Positions 1 through 13,949 of a DNA stretch of 64,000 nt are shown in pieces (within the stretch, counting starts at the first letter, position 1; each line of letters begins with the position of its first letter). The DNA is from Eledone cirrhosa. Lineage: Eukaryota. The stretch covers positions 122,822,001 to 122,886,000 of the forward strand of contig OZ024741.1 of assembly GCA_964016885.1 (NCBI GenBank), read 5' to 3'. The position numbers and the translations under genes are program-made. The notes under the pieces were generated by a model, which searched no databases, was not told the DNA's origin, and worked only from the letters and a program-made list of their open reading frames with translations.

Positions 1-2814
1 TCCTTCCGAAGAGATTGGCTAGTTGATTTTCGTCGACGCCTAGAGTTTCTCCAAGTACGTCGTCGCTCTTCCCCTCCACTAATCCTCTATAGAACGCCAA
101 GGTGGAGTTTCCACCGATCACATTGCCCGATTGGTCGAGGGCTGTGAGCGCCTGAAGACATTCCAGTCTCCAAGCCCTCCCTCTCGGTCTTCGCCTGACC
201 CAGGACTGCAGCTCCGTCAAGGAGACGAGCTGGGGAAAGACGTGTCTAGCAAACGGCGACCACACCTGATCACCGTCGAGGAAGAGGTGGAGATGTCGTA
301 GCCTGAGCGCGTGTCTGCGCATCTTCAGCCATGGCATGCCCATCCCTCCACGTAGCGGGTGTTGACAGCAGATGGACCGCCTGACCATCGGAGCGCGTCC
401 CTTCCACAAAAAGCGAAAGAGCAAACGCTCCAGCGCAGTCAGTCGGGGCTTGGGACAAGGTACGACGGTCAGGCGGTAGTAGATGACGGACGCGATGTAA
501 GCGTTAGCCACCTCCGCTCGACCTTTCAGGGATAGTTTCCTCTCGGCCCATTTCTGTGTGAGAGAAGCCACCCTGCTCCTCACCTCGTCCCAGTTTTTGT
601 CCGTCTGGTGGTCCGGACCGAACCAGACCCCTAGCAATTTAACCGGTCCGTCCGTCCATCGCCCGACGACGCTGTTGGACGGCATGGACCTGCCTCTCCA
701 GGTGCCGAGCTGCAGGGCCACTGACTTTTCCTGGTTGATCATTGCTCCTGTCAACGCTTCGTGTTCACTTAGTGTAGTGCCGATCGCCTCGATGTGTTTG
801 GCGTTCGACACCACTACGGTGACATCGTCCGCATATGCTGACACGGATCTTCCGCATCCTATTTCGCGCGGGACGCCCCTCAACGTCTCCAGTTTGTGAG
901 TAATGGCTCGAGAATCAATACGTACAAGAGGGACGAGAGGGGACATCCTTCGCGGACCGAGCGCATGGTGTTGAACGGTTCCGAAAGATGACCGTTCACT
1001 CTCACCACAGAGCAGATGTCGCTGTGCATGGCAGCGATCCAGCCTCAAAAGACGGGCCCAAAGCCAGCCGCCCCCAGGACTACCTCTAGGTAACGATGGT
1101 CGACCCTATCGAAAGCTTTCGACTGAGGTGGAGGTTGTTGTGGATGGTTCTGTCGGCAATGGCGCATGGCTACGTCTGTCCCACCAGACCACCAACGACA
1201 AGCGCCAACCTCTTTGCTTACCTTGGCCAAAATCTTGAACTCTGTGTTTAACAGAGTTATGGGCCAGAAATTATCTATGTTATCGGCCTTGTTCGGATCC
1301 TTTCTCAGCAGCGCCTCTGCTCCTCGGCTCACAGGGGGAATTCTCCCGTTCTGTTGCCAGTTGCAGTAGACGTCCGCCAAAAGGCCTCCGAACAAGTCTG
1401 GCATCTGTACGTAAAGTTCATAGGGCAGACCATCCAAACCAGGCGATTTACCCCTTGTGCAGCCAGTCATTGCCTCCCGTACTTCAGCGGCGGTTATCGG
1501 CTTTTCGCAACACTCCGCCTCAGTGGCCGAGAGCCGCGGCAGTCCGTCGAGGTCGACACTAAAGTCTATCCCTCGATCCGGCCCACCGCTGCCCCCGAAC
1601 AGCTAAGCGAGATGTCGCTGAAAAGCTTCACACAGTTTCCAGGAATCGAGTAGCATGCGCCCGTCGTGGTCGACCAAAGACCGGATCATGGCTTTCTTGC
1701 CACGACGCGCATCCGCCACTGGGGCCCATTGAACGGCTTTCGTCCCCTCGTGTCTGAGAGCACGCTCTCTAGCTCTGACGACGCAGCCTTCGTGCTTTGC
1801 ATTGAAGAATTGGTCAATGGCCAATTTCGCCGCAAGTACGTCGGTCGTTATGCCTTTGCTAAGCGCCTCATTTAAGTTTCTAACTAGTTCACCCTATGTT
1901 CTATTTTTCTCTATTGCTAAAGTCATCCTAAACGTAATGGACTCTATTCTAATCTCTCTTTTCAGAGCAAACCACCACTTGTTGTTGACGATAGCCCCCG
2001 TCAACGCCCGCTTAACTAGTTCGCTAATCAGGTGTCTGTAGGCCTTCTTCGCTGGTAAGGACGCGTTTAACTTCCAGTAGCCGGGTCCTTGTCTATGAAG
2101 CCTATCTAAGTCAACCACACAGATCAGGAATTTGTAGACCGTGTGGCTGACTATCTTGAATTGTGGACAGCGTATGCTAGACCTATCTATTTCCCTACAA
2201 AATACTCTATCTAGATATGATCTGGATGACCCTATGCGGTTTGTCCAAGTCCACATTGGCACATTCGGGAAATCCAATCGGTACCTGTCAGACAGTTCAA
2301 CACGCCTGAACAGGTCGGTCAGGCTCTTGCACCCTCCTCCCCTATCCGCTGATCCCACACAGTCCCAGCGTGCATCTAAGATCCCGTTCAAGTCGCCCAC
2401 TAACACTAAAGAGCGGGACGTTCCAAGAAAGGTCTCCAGACGCCGGAAGAAATGAGGCCGCCCTGCTCCTGTCGGGGTATAGACGGCCACTAGCCTGAAA
2501 GCTTGCCCGTCTCCGCTGGTCACGTTTCAACACCACTAACTTACCTTCTGGGTCCAGGAAGATGGCCCGTATGGCGAGACCAAACCTCTTCGAAAAAGCA
2601 CAGCAACTCCACCCCCCGATCTATGACGGCTAGAAGATATGTACACATCGTAGCCGTCGAAAATCGGTGCCAAGGCCCGTGCTTCGGAGATTCCGGTCTC
2701 GCTGATAGCCACTACAAATATGTCTAGTGACCTGAGGTCGTTGAGCAGGTGGCCCTGCTTCCATGACGACCCCAAGACACGCGCATTTATGCTGCCTATT
2801 CTGAGTGAGGTCAT
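1..2814 (-). pseudogene. Tx1/L1 ORF2 (apurinic endonuclease + reverse transcriptase), frameshifted
   Basis: APE motifs: MTSLRIGSINAR, VAISET, GGGVAVL, LVLVGDLN, SRSYLDRVF, GPGYWKLN. RT motifs: KSPGLDGLPYE, PITLLNTEFKILAK, KAFDRVDH, SVREGCPLSSLLY (~900-965), SAYADDVTV (~812-840). Confidence 0.92.
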
Positions 2815-2848
2815 GTTGAAAAGGAGTGGAAAAGATGGGAAAGACCAC

Positions 2849-4776
2849 TTACCTTACTTCTCGTAGAGGAAGGATGGTTTCTCCATCCTTTTCACTGCTT
2901 GTGGCCCCCTCCGGAAGGATGTCCTTATAAATCCTCCTGGAGAGTGCTTGTCGGAAGTCTCCGATGTCTTTGGGGAATTTTTGTTTTAGTGTCGTGTACG
3001 TTTTCTGTGTGATGCGAGTGATTTGTATGTGTGGAAGCGGTGTGAACTTTTGGGTTGTTGTGTAGTCTTTTTCTGTGATGCTGGTGTTGTGTTGGATGTA
3101 GTGTAATAATTGGTTGTTGTTTAAATTTAATGCTGTGTAGTCTTGGCTGTTTTGTTTTGTTTGCGTTTGTTGTGGGTTTGTTTCTGTTTCGCTTTTTGGT
3201 GACTTTTGTGGTGTCGGTGATGGTGGTGTTGGGGTTAATGATGGTGATGGTGTTGGTGTTTGTGGTGATGGGGTTGGTGATGCTGGTGTGGATGGTGGCA
3301 TAGCTGTCCTAACTTTTTTGTTTGATAGTTTATTTGTTTCCGTTGGTATTTTGTTTTGGAGGGGGAAGGATGAGGATTTTTTATTTTGGGGCTTCTTTTT
3401 TTTTTTTTCTTTTTTCCTGATACAATTTCCCACTCCTCGTCGTCACAATCTGTCTCCAGTTGCGATAGGTCGGGGAGTGGAAATTCCTCGACAGGCGTTG
3501 GTTTTGTTTGTGGCGTGGTGGATGGTGTATGCGCTGGTGCTAGTTTTGGCGCGGTGGGTGATGGTGGTGTTGGTTTTGCTACTGTTGCTGGGGTTGTTGC
3601 TGCTACAGTTGTTGCTGCCATTTCTGCTGCTGGTGGTGTTGATGGTTGAGTCACAGGGGTGGGTAAGAGAGGTGGCCTCAACTTTTTAGCCTGAGGGCAG
3701 AAAGCCTTTAGGCGGGTTCCTTCACCACAAACAACACACCTAGGCCTTCTACCCTCGACGATTACGGTGAGGTGGCTGCCGCCAGTGAGTTATATTACCT
3801 CTGGGATTTCCTCAATGCTTTTTTGGTCCGCTTGTATCAGGAGCTCCATCCCAGATCCGGACCAGTTCTCCTGCTTTTCTTTTGATATTTCAATTATTTT
3901 GGTCTTGGCCTTGATGCCGGCGAGGGCGGCAGCCATTAGCCAGGGAATTTCGATGGCCGGTGGAATGTGGGTCACCCTTATCTTCACAAGTCTCTGGCCA
4001 CAATAGCTTGGGACGAGTGAGAAGTCGTCGCTTCTTAATGGGGCCATGGAGTGCTCACTGGCCTCCTGTGGTGTTCCAAAAACACGTCCACGGTTCCATA
4101 TTTCTGCCCACGTCTGATGTGGGTTTTTTCGCCCACAAATATCCCAAAGCTTTTTGAATTTAGGACTCGGATGCCCGTTCCACTCGTCGCGATTTTGTGT
4201 TAATCGTCTGATAAGACACGGTGCATAGGCCCCGATGCTCCATTTTATTAGGTGTGTGTGTGGGGGGGGGGACTGACCCTGTACCCATCTTTCTTTACCA
4301 TTCTCTTGGCTTCATTTAATTCCTCCTGAGTTACCTCGAATGTTTCGCATTTTTTGTCTGCTTTGGCAAACGACACATTTGTTGATGTTTTTGTTATTCT
4401 CATTGTTGTTGTTTCTGTTGTTGTTACTGTTATTTTTATTATTGTTATTTTTAGTTTCAGTTGTGGTGGTGGTGGCGTCTGTGGTGTTCGGTGTGGAAGA
4501 GTCGATTCTGGGTCCATCCATTTCGATGTCACGAGATAATAATTTATTTTTTTCTTTTGTTTCTGTTGTCGCTGTGGTGGTGGGGGTGCCGGCTTTAACA
4601 CCTGCAGTTATTGGTAATGGCGGGAAATGAATGTCGGCATGAGACAAATTTAAATTATTGCTACTGCTTACATTTTTAGTATTGGCAAACGTAGTAATAT
4701 TTACAATGGTGGTGTTGGTGTGAGGTGTTAGTTTGTGAGGAAGGCTGTCAGCTTGGTGTGGCTGTGAGTGGCCCAT
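2849..4776 (-). pseudogene. Tx1-type ORF1 (gag-like, Pro/Thr-rich, degenerate zinc knuckle), frameshifted
   Basis: Pieces 4312-4776, 3790-4047, 3235-3681, 2849-3433. Minus strand ~3695-3760 reads VEGRRPR-CVVCGEGTRLKAFC, i.e. CX2CX4[H>R]X4C. Lies immediately upstream of ORF2. Confidence 0.75.
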
Positions 4777-5003
4777 GATTTTTTCAAAGAAATTTTTAGT
4801 TTGATAATTATAAAAGTTTAAATTTTGGGCTGAAGGCCCCAATCTTTTTGAGTGTCCTTTTCAGAAAGCAATATATGTGAACTTGTAAACACTTAACAAC
4901 AAACATTTTCCATAAATGGCAATTTAAAAACAACAAACCTTTGCGGAGCTCACGATAATACAATTTCCTACGTAGGTCGCCAATAATAATAATAATAATA
5001 ATA

Positions 5004-5120
5004 ATTGTTTCTACATTTGGCACAAGACCAGCAATTATCCAGCGTATTACTGGTACTTTATTTTATCGACCCCGTAAGGATGAAAGGCAAAGTTAACCGT
5101 GGCGGAATTTGATCTCAGAC
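5004..5120 (-). mobile_element. tRNA-derived SINE family A, 5'-truncated
   Basis: Same body as the copy at 55275-55464 (ggtactttattttatcgaccccgtaaggatgaaaggcaaagttaacc); (AAT)n tail to the left. Confidence 0.85.
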
Positions 5121-5146
5121 CATAATAATAATAATAATAATAATAA

Positions 5147-5886
5147 TTGGCTGCGCAAGAGCAAGCCCTCAGAACGAAGTGGGTGAAACACCTTATTGAC
5201 AAGGAGGAGGCTAGCTCACTGTGTAGGATCTATGAAGAAAGAGAGGAGACTGTGGCTTACATTGTATCCGAGTGTGAACACCTAGACCAGACTCACTATA
5301 AAGGCTGGAGACATTGTGTGATAGGCAGGGTGATCCACAGGTATCTATGCAAAATAAACAATTTACCGCATTCTGAGAAGTGGTATGAGCATAAGCCAGA
5401 GTCGGTGATAGAAAACGATCAGGTGAAGTTGCTGTGGGATTTTAGGATACAGACGGTCAAGAAACTGGAACACAATAGATCTGACCTGGTGGTTTTGGAC
5501 AAGGAAATAAGATCGTGTCTGATTGTAGATGTCGCCTGCCCATTTGACACGAGAGTGCAACAAAAGGAGAGGGAAAAAATTAACAGATACCAGGACTTAA
5601 AGTGGGAGTTAAAAAGGATTTTGAACTGCCATTAAATCAAGGTCGTCCCGATTGTCATAAGCGCACTAGGTACTATCTCAAAGAGTTTCCAAGGATGGTT
5701 AAAGAAGATTAGTCCAGCCCCGCTTTTTGGAACGCTTCAAAAAGCATGCTTCAAAAGGCATGCTTGCTGGGAACAGCAAGAACCCTCCGATACGTCCTGA
5801 ATATCTAAGGCTGCAGGTAGCGGCTTCATATTCATTTCAACAAACGTTGCAGTCAAATAACATAAATGACTGAGACTCAAAGAACA
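5147..5886 (+). mobile_element. R4/Dong/Rex6-type RLE LINE 3' end, copy 1
   Basis: AAQEQALRT..CRI..ETVAYIVSEC (CCHC knuckle) and restriction-like endonuclease DLVVLDK..IVDVACPFD..EKINRYQDL; flanked by (TAA)n. Confidence 0.88.
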
Positions 5887-5913
5887 ATAATAATAATAAT
5901 AATGATAATAATA

Positions 5914-6060
5914 ATTGCTTCTACTTTTGGCATAAGGCCATCAATTACACAGTACATTAGTGGTACTTTATTTTATCGACCCCTCAGAATGGCAAGGGCC
6001 GTAACTCTATGCGTCAAAGCATGGCGTCCGATCCTCTACCGATACTGCCAATCTACCCCC
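5914..6060 (-). mobile_element. SINE family A with internal deletion
   Basis: Matches family-A tail (ttctacttttggcataaggcc) and head (gcatggcgtccgatcctctaccgatactgccaatc). Confidence 0.8.
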
Positions 6061-6068
6061 ATAATAAC

Positions 6069-6148
<80 letters not shown>
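6061..6148. repeat. (TAA)n microsatellite
   Basis: Direct reading. Confidence 0.98.
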
Positions 6149-6150
<2 letters not shown>

Positions 6151-7961
6151 AAGGAGGAGGCTAGCCCACTGTGCAGGATCTGTGGAGAGAGGAGACTGTG
6201 GCTCACATTGTATCCGAGTGTAAACACCTATTGAGAGGTACAACGAATTCCAGAGGCCCCTCGCCGTCAGCTTCATCTATTTCTCCAAAGCATTCGATAG
6301 CAGTCATCGACCGTCACTCTGGAGCATCATGCATGAGTATGGTCTGCCCCAGAAAGTCATTTCGGCAATCAAACAGATTTACGCAAACTCCAAGTTCTGC
6401 ATACGGACAGAAGATGGTTACAGTGACTGGTTTGAGGTGGTTACTGGTGTGCGTCAGGATTGCTCGCTCTCTCCAATTCTCTTTGCCATAGCCATTGACT
6501 GGGTACTAAGAAGAGCGTCTAAAGACCAGGGTATATCTTGGGTGGGAGAGCAAAAGTTGTCTGACCTGGAATTTGCGGACGATATTGTTGCACTTGCAGA
6601 GAGCACAGCTGACCTGCAAATCATTATGAACAATATCAATGTCGAAGCAGGAAGCTTAGGTCTCAATATCAGTGCTAAGAAGACCAAAAGCATGTTATCT
6701 GGGACACACCCATCACCAACTGGTGTTTTCATTGAACAGGGGGAGGTGGAGATAGTGGACAACTTCACCTACCTAGGAAGCTCCATTGACAATGGGGGCA
6801 CCATGGACATGAACTGCAATGTAGAATGGGAAAGGCTTCAGCAGCATTTAACCAGCTTTTGAAGATCTGGAAGTTCACCCTCAAAACAAAGATGAGATTC
6901 TAAAACAGCAACGTGCTGTCCACACTCTTGTACGGAAGTGAAACATGGCACCTTAAGACCAGACAAGAGAAGAAGTTGGACGCATTCGATTCCAGGTGTC
7001 TGCGAGAGATCCTGGGGATTAAATGGAGTGTCCATGTAACAAACCAGGAAGTCAGGAACCGCACCTATCAGCAGCTAGTCTCTTCTGCCATCTGCAAGCG
7101 ACGCCTGGGCTGGTTTGGGCACGCTTTGAGACTTCCCCCGGAGAGACTGGCGAACCAAGTGCTTAAATGGAACCCACAGGGAAGCAGACGGAGAGGGCGA
7201 CCCAAAATGAACTAGCGCCAGACAGTCGAGAGGGACCTGCGAGCGACAAACAGACAATGGCGGGACGCTGTGCAACTGGCTGCTGACCGAACGCGGTGGA
7301 ACACTATGATTGCCTCATGCGTCGCAAGACGCGGGAGCTTCTGAGTCTGAGTCTGAGTCTGAGTAAACACCTAGCCCAGACTCACTATAAGGGCTGGAGA
7401 CATGATGTGATGGGCAGGGTGATCCACTGGCACCTATGCAAAGTAAACAGTTTACCACATTCTGAGAAGTGGTATGAGCATAAGCCAGAGTCGGTGATAG
7501 AAAACGATCAGGTGAAGGTGCTGTGGGATTTTAGGATACAGACGGACAAGAAACTGGAACACAATAGACATGACCTGGTGGTTTTGGACAAGGAAAAAAG
7601 ATCGTGCCTGATTGTGGATGTGGCCTGCCCATTCGACACGAGAGTGCAACAAAAGGAGAGGGAGAAAATTAACCGATACCAGGACTTACAGTGGGAAGTA
7701 AAAAGGATTTGGAACTGCCATGAAGTCAAAGTGGTCCCGATTGTCATAGGCGCACTAGGTACTATCTCAAAAAGTTTCCAGGGATGATTAAAGAAAATTG
7801 GCCCCGCCACGCTTTTTGGAACGCTTCAAAAAGGCATGCTTGCTGGGAACAGCAAGAACCCTCCAATACGTCCTGAATATCTGAGGCTGCAGGTAGTGGC
7901 TTGATATTCATTTCAACAAACTTTCCAGTTAACTAACATCAAGACTGACACTCAAAGAACA
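6149..7961 (+). mobile_element. R4/Dong-type RLE LINE 3' end, copy 2 (6149-6230 + 7363-7961), split by an RTE insertion
   Basis: CRICGERRLWLTL/HIVSECKHL resumes as KHLAQTHYKGWRHD after the insert; same 3' end (ctcaaagaac-aataat) as copies 1 and 3. Confidence 0.88.
6231..7362 (+). mobile_element. 5'-truncated RTE-clade LINE with (CTGAGT)n tail and 11-bp TSD
   Basis: RT motifs GVRQDCSLSPILF, LEFADDIV, FTYLGS, LLYGSETW, WFGHALR, RRRGRPK; tail 7341-7364; TSD gtaaacaccta at 6220-6230 and 7363-7373. Confidence 0.93.
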
Positions 7962-7976
7962 ATAATAATAATAATA

Positions 7977-8932
7977 AAAACAACCTACACAAATACGTGA
8001 CTGATAGTAACGAGCCAATGCTCAGAATTGTACTGAAGGAGAGGAAAATAGACCAGGGGATGTCCAAGGAGCAAATAACAACAAGGAGAAAGAGCAGCCT
8101 TCATGAAAAATCCCTTCATAGTAGCTTCTTTGAGAAAACTGAATTTAGAGATCCACAGACATGGAACTGGTTGAAAAGTGGAGACGTTAAAAAGGCTACA
8201 GAAGGAATGCTAATGGCTGCGCAAGAGCAGGCCCTCAAAACGAAGTGGTTGAAACACCGTATTTACAAGGAGGGGGCTAGCCCACTGTGCAGGATCTGTG
8301 GAGAGAGGAGACTGTGGCTTACATTGTATCCGAGTGTAAACACCTAGCCCAGACTCACTATAAAGGCTGGAGACATGATGTGATAGGCTGGGTGATCCAC
8401 TGGCACCTATGCAAAGTAAACAATTTACCACATTCTGAGAAGTGGTATGAGCATAAGCCAGAGTCGGTGATAGAAAACGATCAGGTGAAGTTGCTGTGGG
8501 ATTTTAGGATACAGACGGACAAGAAACTGGAACACAATAGTCCTGACCTGGTGGTTCTGGACAAGGAAAAAAGATCGTGCCTGATTGTGGATGTGGCCTG
8601 CCCATTCGACACGAGAGTGCAAGAGAAGGAGAGGGAGAAAATTAACCGATACCAGGACTTAAAGTGGGAGGTAAAAAGGATTTGGAACTGCCATGAAGTC
8701 AAAGTGGTCCCGGTTGGCATAGGCACACTAGGTACTATCTCAAAGAGTTTCCAGGGATGGTTAAAGAAAATTGGCTCCGCCACGCTTTTTGGAACGCTTC
8801 AAAAGGCATGCCTATGGGAACAGCAAGAACCCTCCGATACGTCCTGAATATCTGAGGCTGCAGGTAGTGGCTTCATATTCATTTCAACAAACTTTTCAGT
8901 TAACTAACATCAATGACTGAGACTCAAAGAAC
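7977..8932 (+). mobile_element. R4/Dong-type RLE LINE 3' end, copy 3 (longest)
   Basis: TWNWLKSGDVKKATEGMLMAAQEQALKT..CRICGE, PDLVVLDK..DVACPFD; ends in (AAT)n at 8932-8951. Confidence 0.88.
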
Positions 8933-9080
8933 AATAATAATAATAATAATAACAAAAACAACAACAACAACAATACTAATGCTTTCCAGTAATTAATGTT
9001 GGGTTTATACAATAATGTCATGTTCATACGTATAACGTGTTTTATTCTAATACAAAGTCCTGTGTGTATGAGTGTTTGAA

Positions 9081-9084
<4 letters not shown>

Positions 9085-9156
<72 letters not shown>

Positions 9157-9243
9157 CGTGTGCGTATGTGTGCGTGTGTGCGTATGCGTGTGTGTGTGTG
9201 CATGCGTGTGTGTGTGTGATGTGTGTGTGTGATGTGTGTGTGG
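9085..9243. repeat. (TG)n/(CG)n compound microsatellite
   Basis: Direct reading. Confidence 0.97.
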
Positions 9244-9615
9244 GTTATAAGCTAAATAGGAAGCTGATCTCAGCTCCGATTTCCATTACGATTCTGGCTA
9301 TCTTGTAAATTATGAGGCTTATGAGAATACGAATTAATGCAGCGATTGTTTACTTCGATATAGATATAGCCCCGGTTGATCGAAGATTAAACCACACACA
9401 TGCGCATGCAGATATAGACATACACATACACGCAATGATAGCACACACACACACACACACACACACATACATATATATATTTATATATATATATATATAT
9501 ATTCACACACAATCATATATATATAATTACACACATACACACACACACTTAAACAGCATAACCAAGGTAACCGAAGTCATTTTGGATAGAAACATATCGC
9601 CGCTTCATAAACTGG

Positions 9616-9996
<381 letters not shown>

Positions 9997-10549
9997 GCGA
10001 ATTTATGATTTTAAAGATAGCCAAATTTTCCAACCTCTGATAACCTTAACTTATATTAACCATTCTCTAAGGTACATTAAATAATTATCTTTCTTTACCA
10101 AGTTGACTAAATGGTATAGAAATTGATAGTCTGAATATGAATTTCAACGGCAGAGTCTCCACATGTATGTTTAAGTAAATCGTGTATCACACTTGTTGAT
10201 AAACACACCATCAGTTTCCAAACTGGCGTCAAAAGATGTTTTGCTGGAGATCTGTAAACATAACATATACACGATATTAAGTATTCGTTTTCCTCTTAGC
10301 AAAATCCATTTTTCACTTTCTATTCTTATTCACACTGTACAACAATGTCAAATACTTCCTTAAAACATAGTATACGCACACTGTTACGTATCGATTCTTC
10401 TCTGTATAAACTGTTCTCATTTCTCTCATTCGAATTTTATTCTAACAATAAAAATTCCAATTAGCTAGGAAAAAAAAAACAAGAACAATCGACAAGATCC
10501 CTCACTCCATTCGCTTATAGACGGTTCTGGAACTCGTCAAAACGGACCT

Positions 10550-10730
10550 AGGAAACAGTGCTTTGCATTAGTCCTTTCATTGCTGATACTCTCTAACAGA
10601 CACAATTCCTGGCTGAACGTGCAACATGAAATAAAGTGTCTTGCTCAAGGACATAACACATCGCCCGGTCCGGCAATTTAACTCGCAATCTCTTGATTGC
10701 GAATCCTATTTTCTAACCACTAAACCACAT
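10550..10730 (-). mobile_element. tRNA-derived SINE family B
   Basis: Reverse complement has a tRNA-like head (gtggtttagtggttag) followed by gggcgatgtgttatgtccttgagcaagacactttatttca, shared with 22757-22855. Confidence 0.75.
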
Positions 10731-11804
10731 TAGTTTAAGAAAAGCATAATATACACAAATTATTAGGTATCCATTCTTTAAATATAAATATTTCTATATT
10801 TAGATTGTTTTATTCACTGCATACCAAATTCAAGTATCATGTTAAAGACATAATATACACGATTGTTATTGTCACTCTATAAAAAAAATTCAACTTGATC
10901 AAACTATAATATGTACACATACAATTGCGTATCTATTCTTCTTAAATATAGACAATTCTTTCTCTGTATAGCATTTTCAAATACTTTGTTAGAAATATAT
11001 GCTTCCTCTATAACGATTTAAAAAATGTACTAAAAATATGTGTACACACACTCTTAGATATTCTTCTGTAAGTATACATTTATCTCTTTTGATTGGTATT
11101 CACGTCACATAACAATCTGCGAGGGGAGTAGTTGAAGTGGGGTGTTAGATTCCATGGATAATTCATTAAACAAGTATTCTTATTATGGAAACTTTGGTGA
11201 ACCGCTGATATAAACTCCATTAAGTTGCTGCTGGCGCGATTTGTGTACATTCAGATTAGTTGTATTCCACTAAATTCTGAGGCTCTTATTAAATACATGG
11301 CCATATTTTTTCCGGTAATCTACGAACTGAGTAAGAAACACTTGCCTTTTGTCATACTTATCTATAAAGAGAGTATAGCAATCTAGCAGGAATAGTTTGA
11401 TGAATTCCTCAAAGCGTCGCACAAACCAGCTATTGCAACGACACTGGTGCCAAGCTTTATCACAAATTACCTATATCTTGATGAACATATGTTGAAAGGA
11501 CCGAAGGCACATATTTTTCTCTTCGGCCAATCCCTCTTCAAATTTTTCAAGGTGAGAGTAGAGTGGGAAGTGCTGTTCCTCAGGACATTTGCTAAGAGTG
11601 GGTGAATGTTGCGAGAACGGCCCATGTGAATGGGTCTACTCTGAAAATTCGACGGTAGGCTGACTGATTTGAAGAGGAGAGGGGCTGCCCTCTTCGGGTG
11701 CTCTCGAAGCGTCGGGTGGTTCAGGATTGGTGGGGTTCCTAAGTCGCTCCCTTTTGGTCCTCTACCCTTTGGAGAATTTTAATTGTTTTATTTCGTTTGT
11801 TTAT

Positions 11805-11905
11805 TGTTATTCTACTGACATGGCTTTAGAAATGAGGCTTGTTTGCATAATTGCAATGAATCGAATATTATTATTAATATTCGAAATACTCAGATCACAT
11901 TTATT
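11805..11905 (+). repeat. 3' fragment of the hammerhead-bearing ~404-bp repeat family
   Basis: ttctactgacatggct..gaggcttgtttgcataattgca..gaatcgaatattattattaatattcgaaa matches 42781-42870; another fragment at ~14060-14146. Confidence 0.85.
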
Positions 11906-11931
11906 ATATACACACGCACACACATACACAT

Positions 11932-11967
<36 letters not shown>

Positions 11968-12465
11968 TGTATATATATATACATATGTATGTATATATGT
12001 ATATATATATATATATATGGATATATATATATGGATATATGTATATATATGTGTATATATGCATCTAAATGTGCATATATGTATATATATATATGTATAT
12101 ATCAATATATACATACATTCATACATACATAAGTACGTACATACATACGTACATACATACGTACATACATACGTACATACACTTAATAATATACATAGGC
12201 ATTAGAATGCGTATCCACATACACAACACCATTTTTATGCCTGAGTCTGTAATGTGTCTTCCGTTTGTTTCAAATCAACACAACAGATATTGAAGCACCA
12301 AATGACCAACTGATACTTACTGTGTACGTGGTATAATGATGTCATCATTGAAATACCAATATTGTCAGAGGCTATGTGCTTATTCACAATTCTTCTTTGG
12401 TAAACAAACACCTATATATTTATTTTATTCATTCTTTCCTATATATACTTTACATATTCATTCTT

Positions 12466-12519
<54 letters not shown>

Positions 12520-12861
12520 CAACACACAAACACACACACATATATATATATATATTCATTTGTCTGTGTGTGTTTTTGTCTATGTGAGTGTTTGTATATG
12601 TGTTTGTCTTTGCAAGTGTGTGTAACTTTGTGTGTGTGTATGGGGGGAGGGGGCATTTCTATCTTTCTCTTAAATTTGAGTATCATTTTCACTGAACACA
12701 TTCCCGCTGGCAACGTTGTAAAAAGAACGGAAATTTCATCTTACGATGTGCAATCTTTTATCCTTTGAATCGTAAGAATATTTTGCAGACTTTGAACTTT
12801 CTAGATATCGTGGCCATTTGTATTTTATGAATTAAAGAATTGCGTTCTTTCTTCACCAGTC

Positions 12862-12937
12862 TATGTATGTATGTATGTATGTATGTATGTATGTATGTAT
12901 GTATGTATGTATGTATGTATGTATGTATGTATGTATG

Positions 12938-12968
<31 letters not shown>

Positions 12969-13320
12969 CACATCCATATTTTATGATCTTTCTCCGTGAT
13001 GTACGCCTTCAGCCAGTCCCTCCGAGTTCTCCATATCAATCTTCACAGCTTTAAGCTTGCGTTTTATGACATTTCTAAACCGCTTCTTTGGTTTTTGCGG
13101 TGTACTTTTTCTTCTGGTCAGCTCCCCATAAAATTTAGGCAGCCTTCCATCTTCAATCCTGTCCACATTATCTGCCGAACACATTAGGTTTAAAATAATT
13201 CTCCTCGCAAATCTGGCGCTGCACACTTTCTCAAGTACAGCAGCATCTGTTGTGCAAGTGGGCCACTTGATGTTCAGCATACATGAGAAAAAGCGAGCAT
13301 GCTGTTTTCAAACGTTCACC
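12862..13320 (-). mobile_element. RTE LINE 3' fragment ending in (CATA)n
   Basis: MLNIKW..RIEDGRLPK.FYGEL..KPKKRFRNVIK (RTE C-terminus); abuts (ATGT)n at 12862-12966. Confidence 0.8.
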
Positions 13321-13860
13321 ACGTAAGCGGGACCCAAATGCAGTGCCTGCAAAGATCCAGTGGCCGATTTTACATGAGCCAATGAGAAATCGAAACACTT
13401 GTGTGAGTAACGACGATTATAGTGGCAAACACTTATAGTGACCACTAATTACATCAACCGCTGGTTTTATTTAAACGATTCCCTCGTTTAGAACGATACT
13501 GTAACAACACTTCAGGGTCCTTCACTCCCACATGGGTTTTCTTTTTACCCTTCTCTGTGTCGACACACCTGTAAATAAGTAGCAACGATTCGGTGCCTTT
13601 TCATAAACGTAAACCAAGGATTCCATTGGAAAGTTAAAATCTTTAAAAAAGTATATATAAAATGAATTACTTAACTTTAAAAATATTTTTTAATGTTTTA
13701 AACGGTTCTTTTAAGGTTTTAATATGTTTTGTAAAATTAAAAAATAAAAAAAAAAACGTTTTTTAAGAATTTATTATCAAGTATGATTTATGGAGCGCGC
13801 CTACCTGAAATTGAAAAAAAACTTTTTGTAAAAAGAGCTATACTTGTGCACATGCGTAGG

Positions 13861-13949
<89 letters not shown>

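Larger units (their letters stand above)
1..4900 (-). mobile_element. Decayed Tx1/L1-clade non-LTR retrotransposon (ORF1 + APE-RT ORF2); runs off the window start; 5' boundary approximate
   Basis: Gag-like ORF1 pieces followed by ORF2 pieces with APE and RT motifs on the same strand; many frameshifts. Confidence 0.9.

Noticed and set aside
3235-4630. His-rich, Asn-rich and hydrophobic membrane-like ORFs
   Set aside because: Alternative frames or antisense of the low-complexity Tx1 ORF1.
11100-11765. GC-richer island that may be a coding TE remnant (similar island at ~31000-31560)
   Set aside because: No recognisable motif in any frame; left unassigned.
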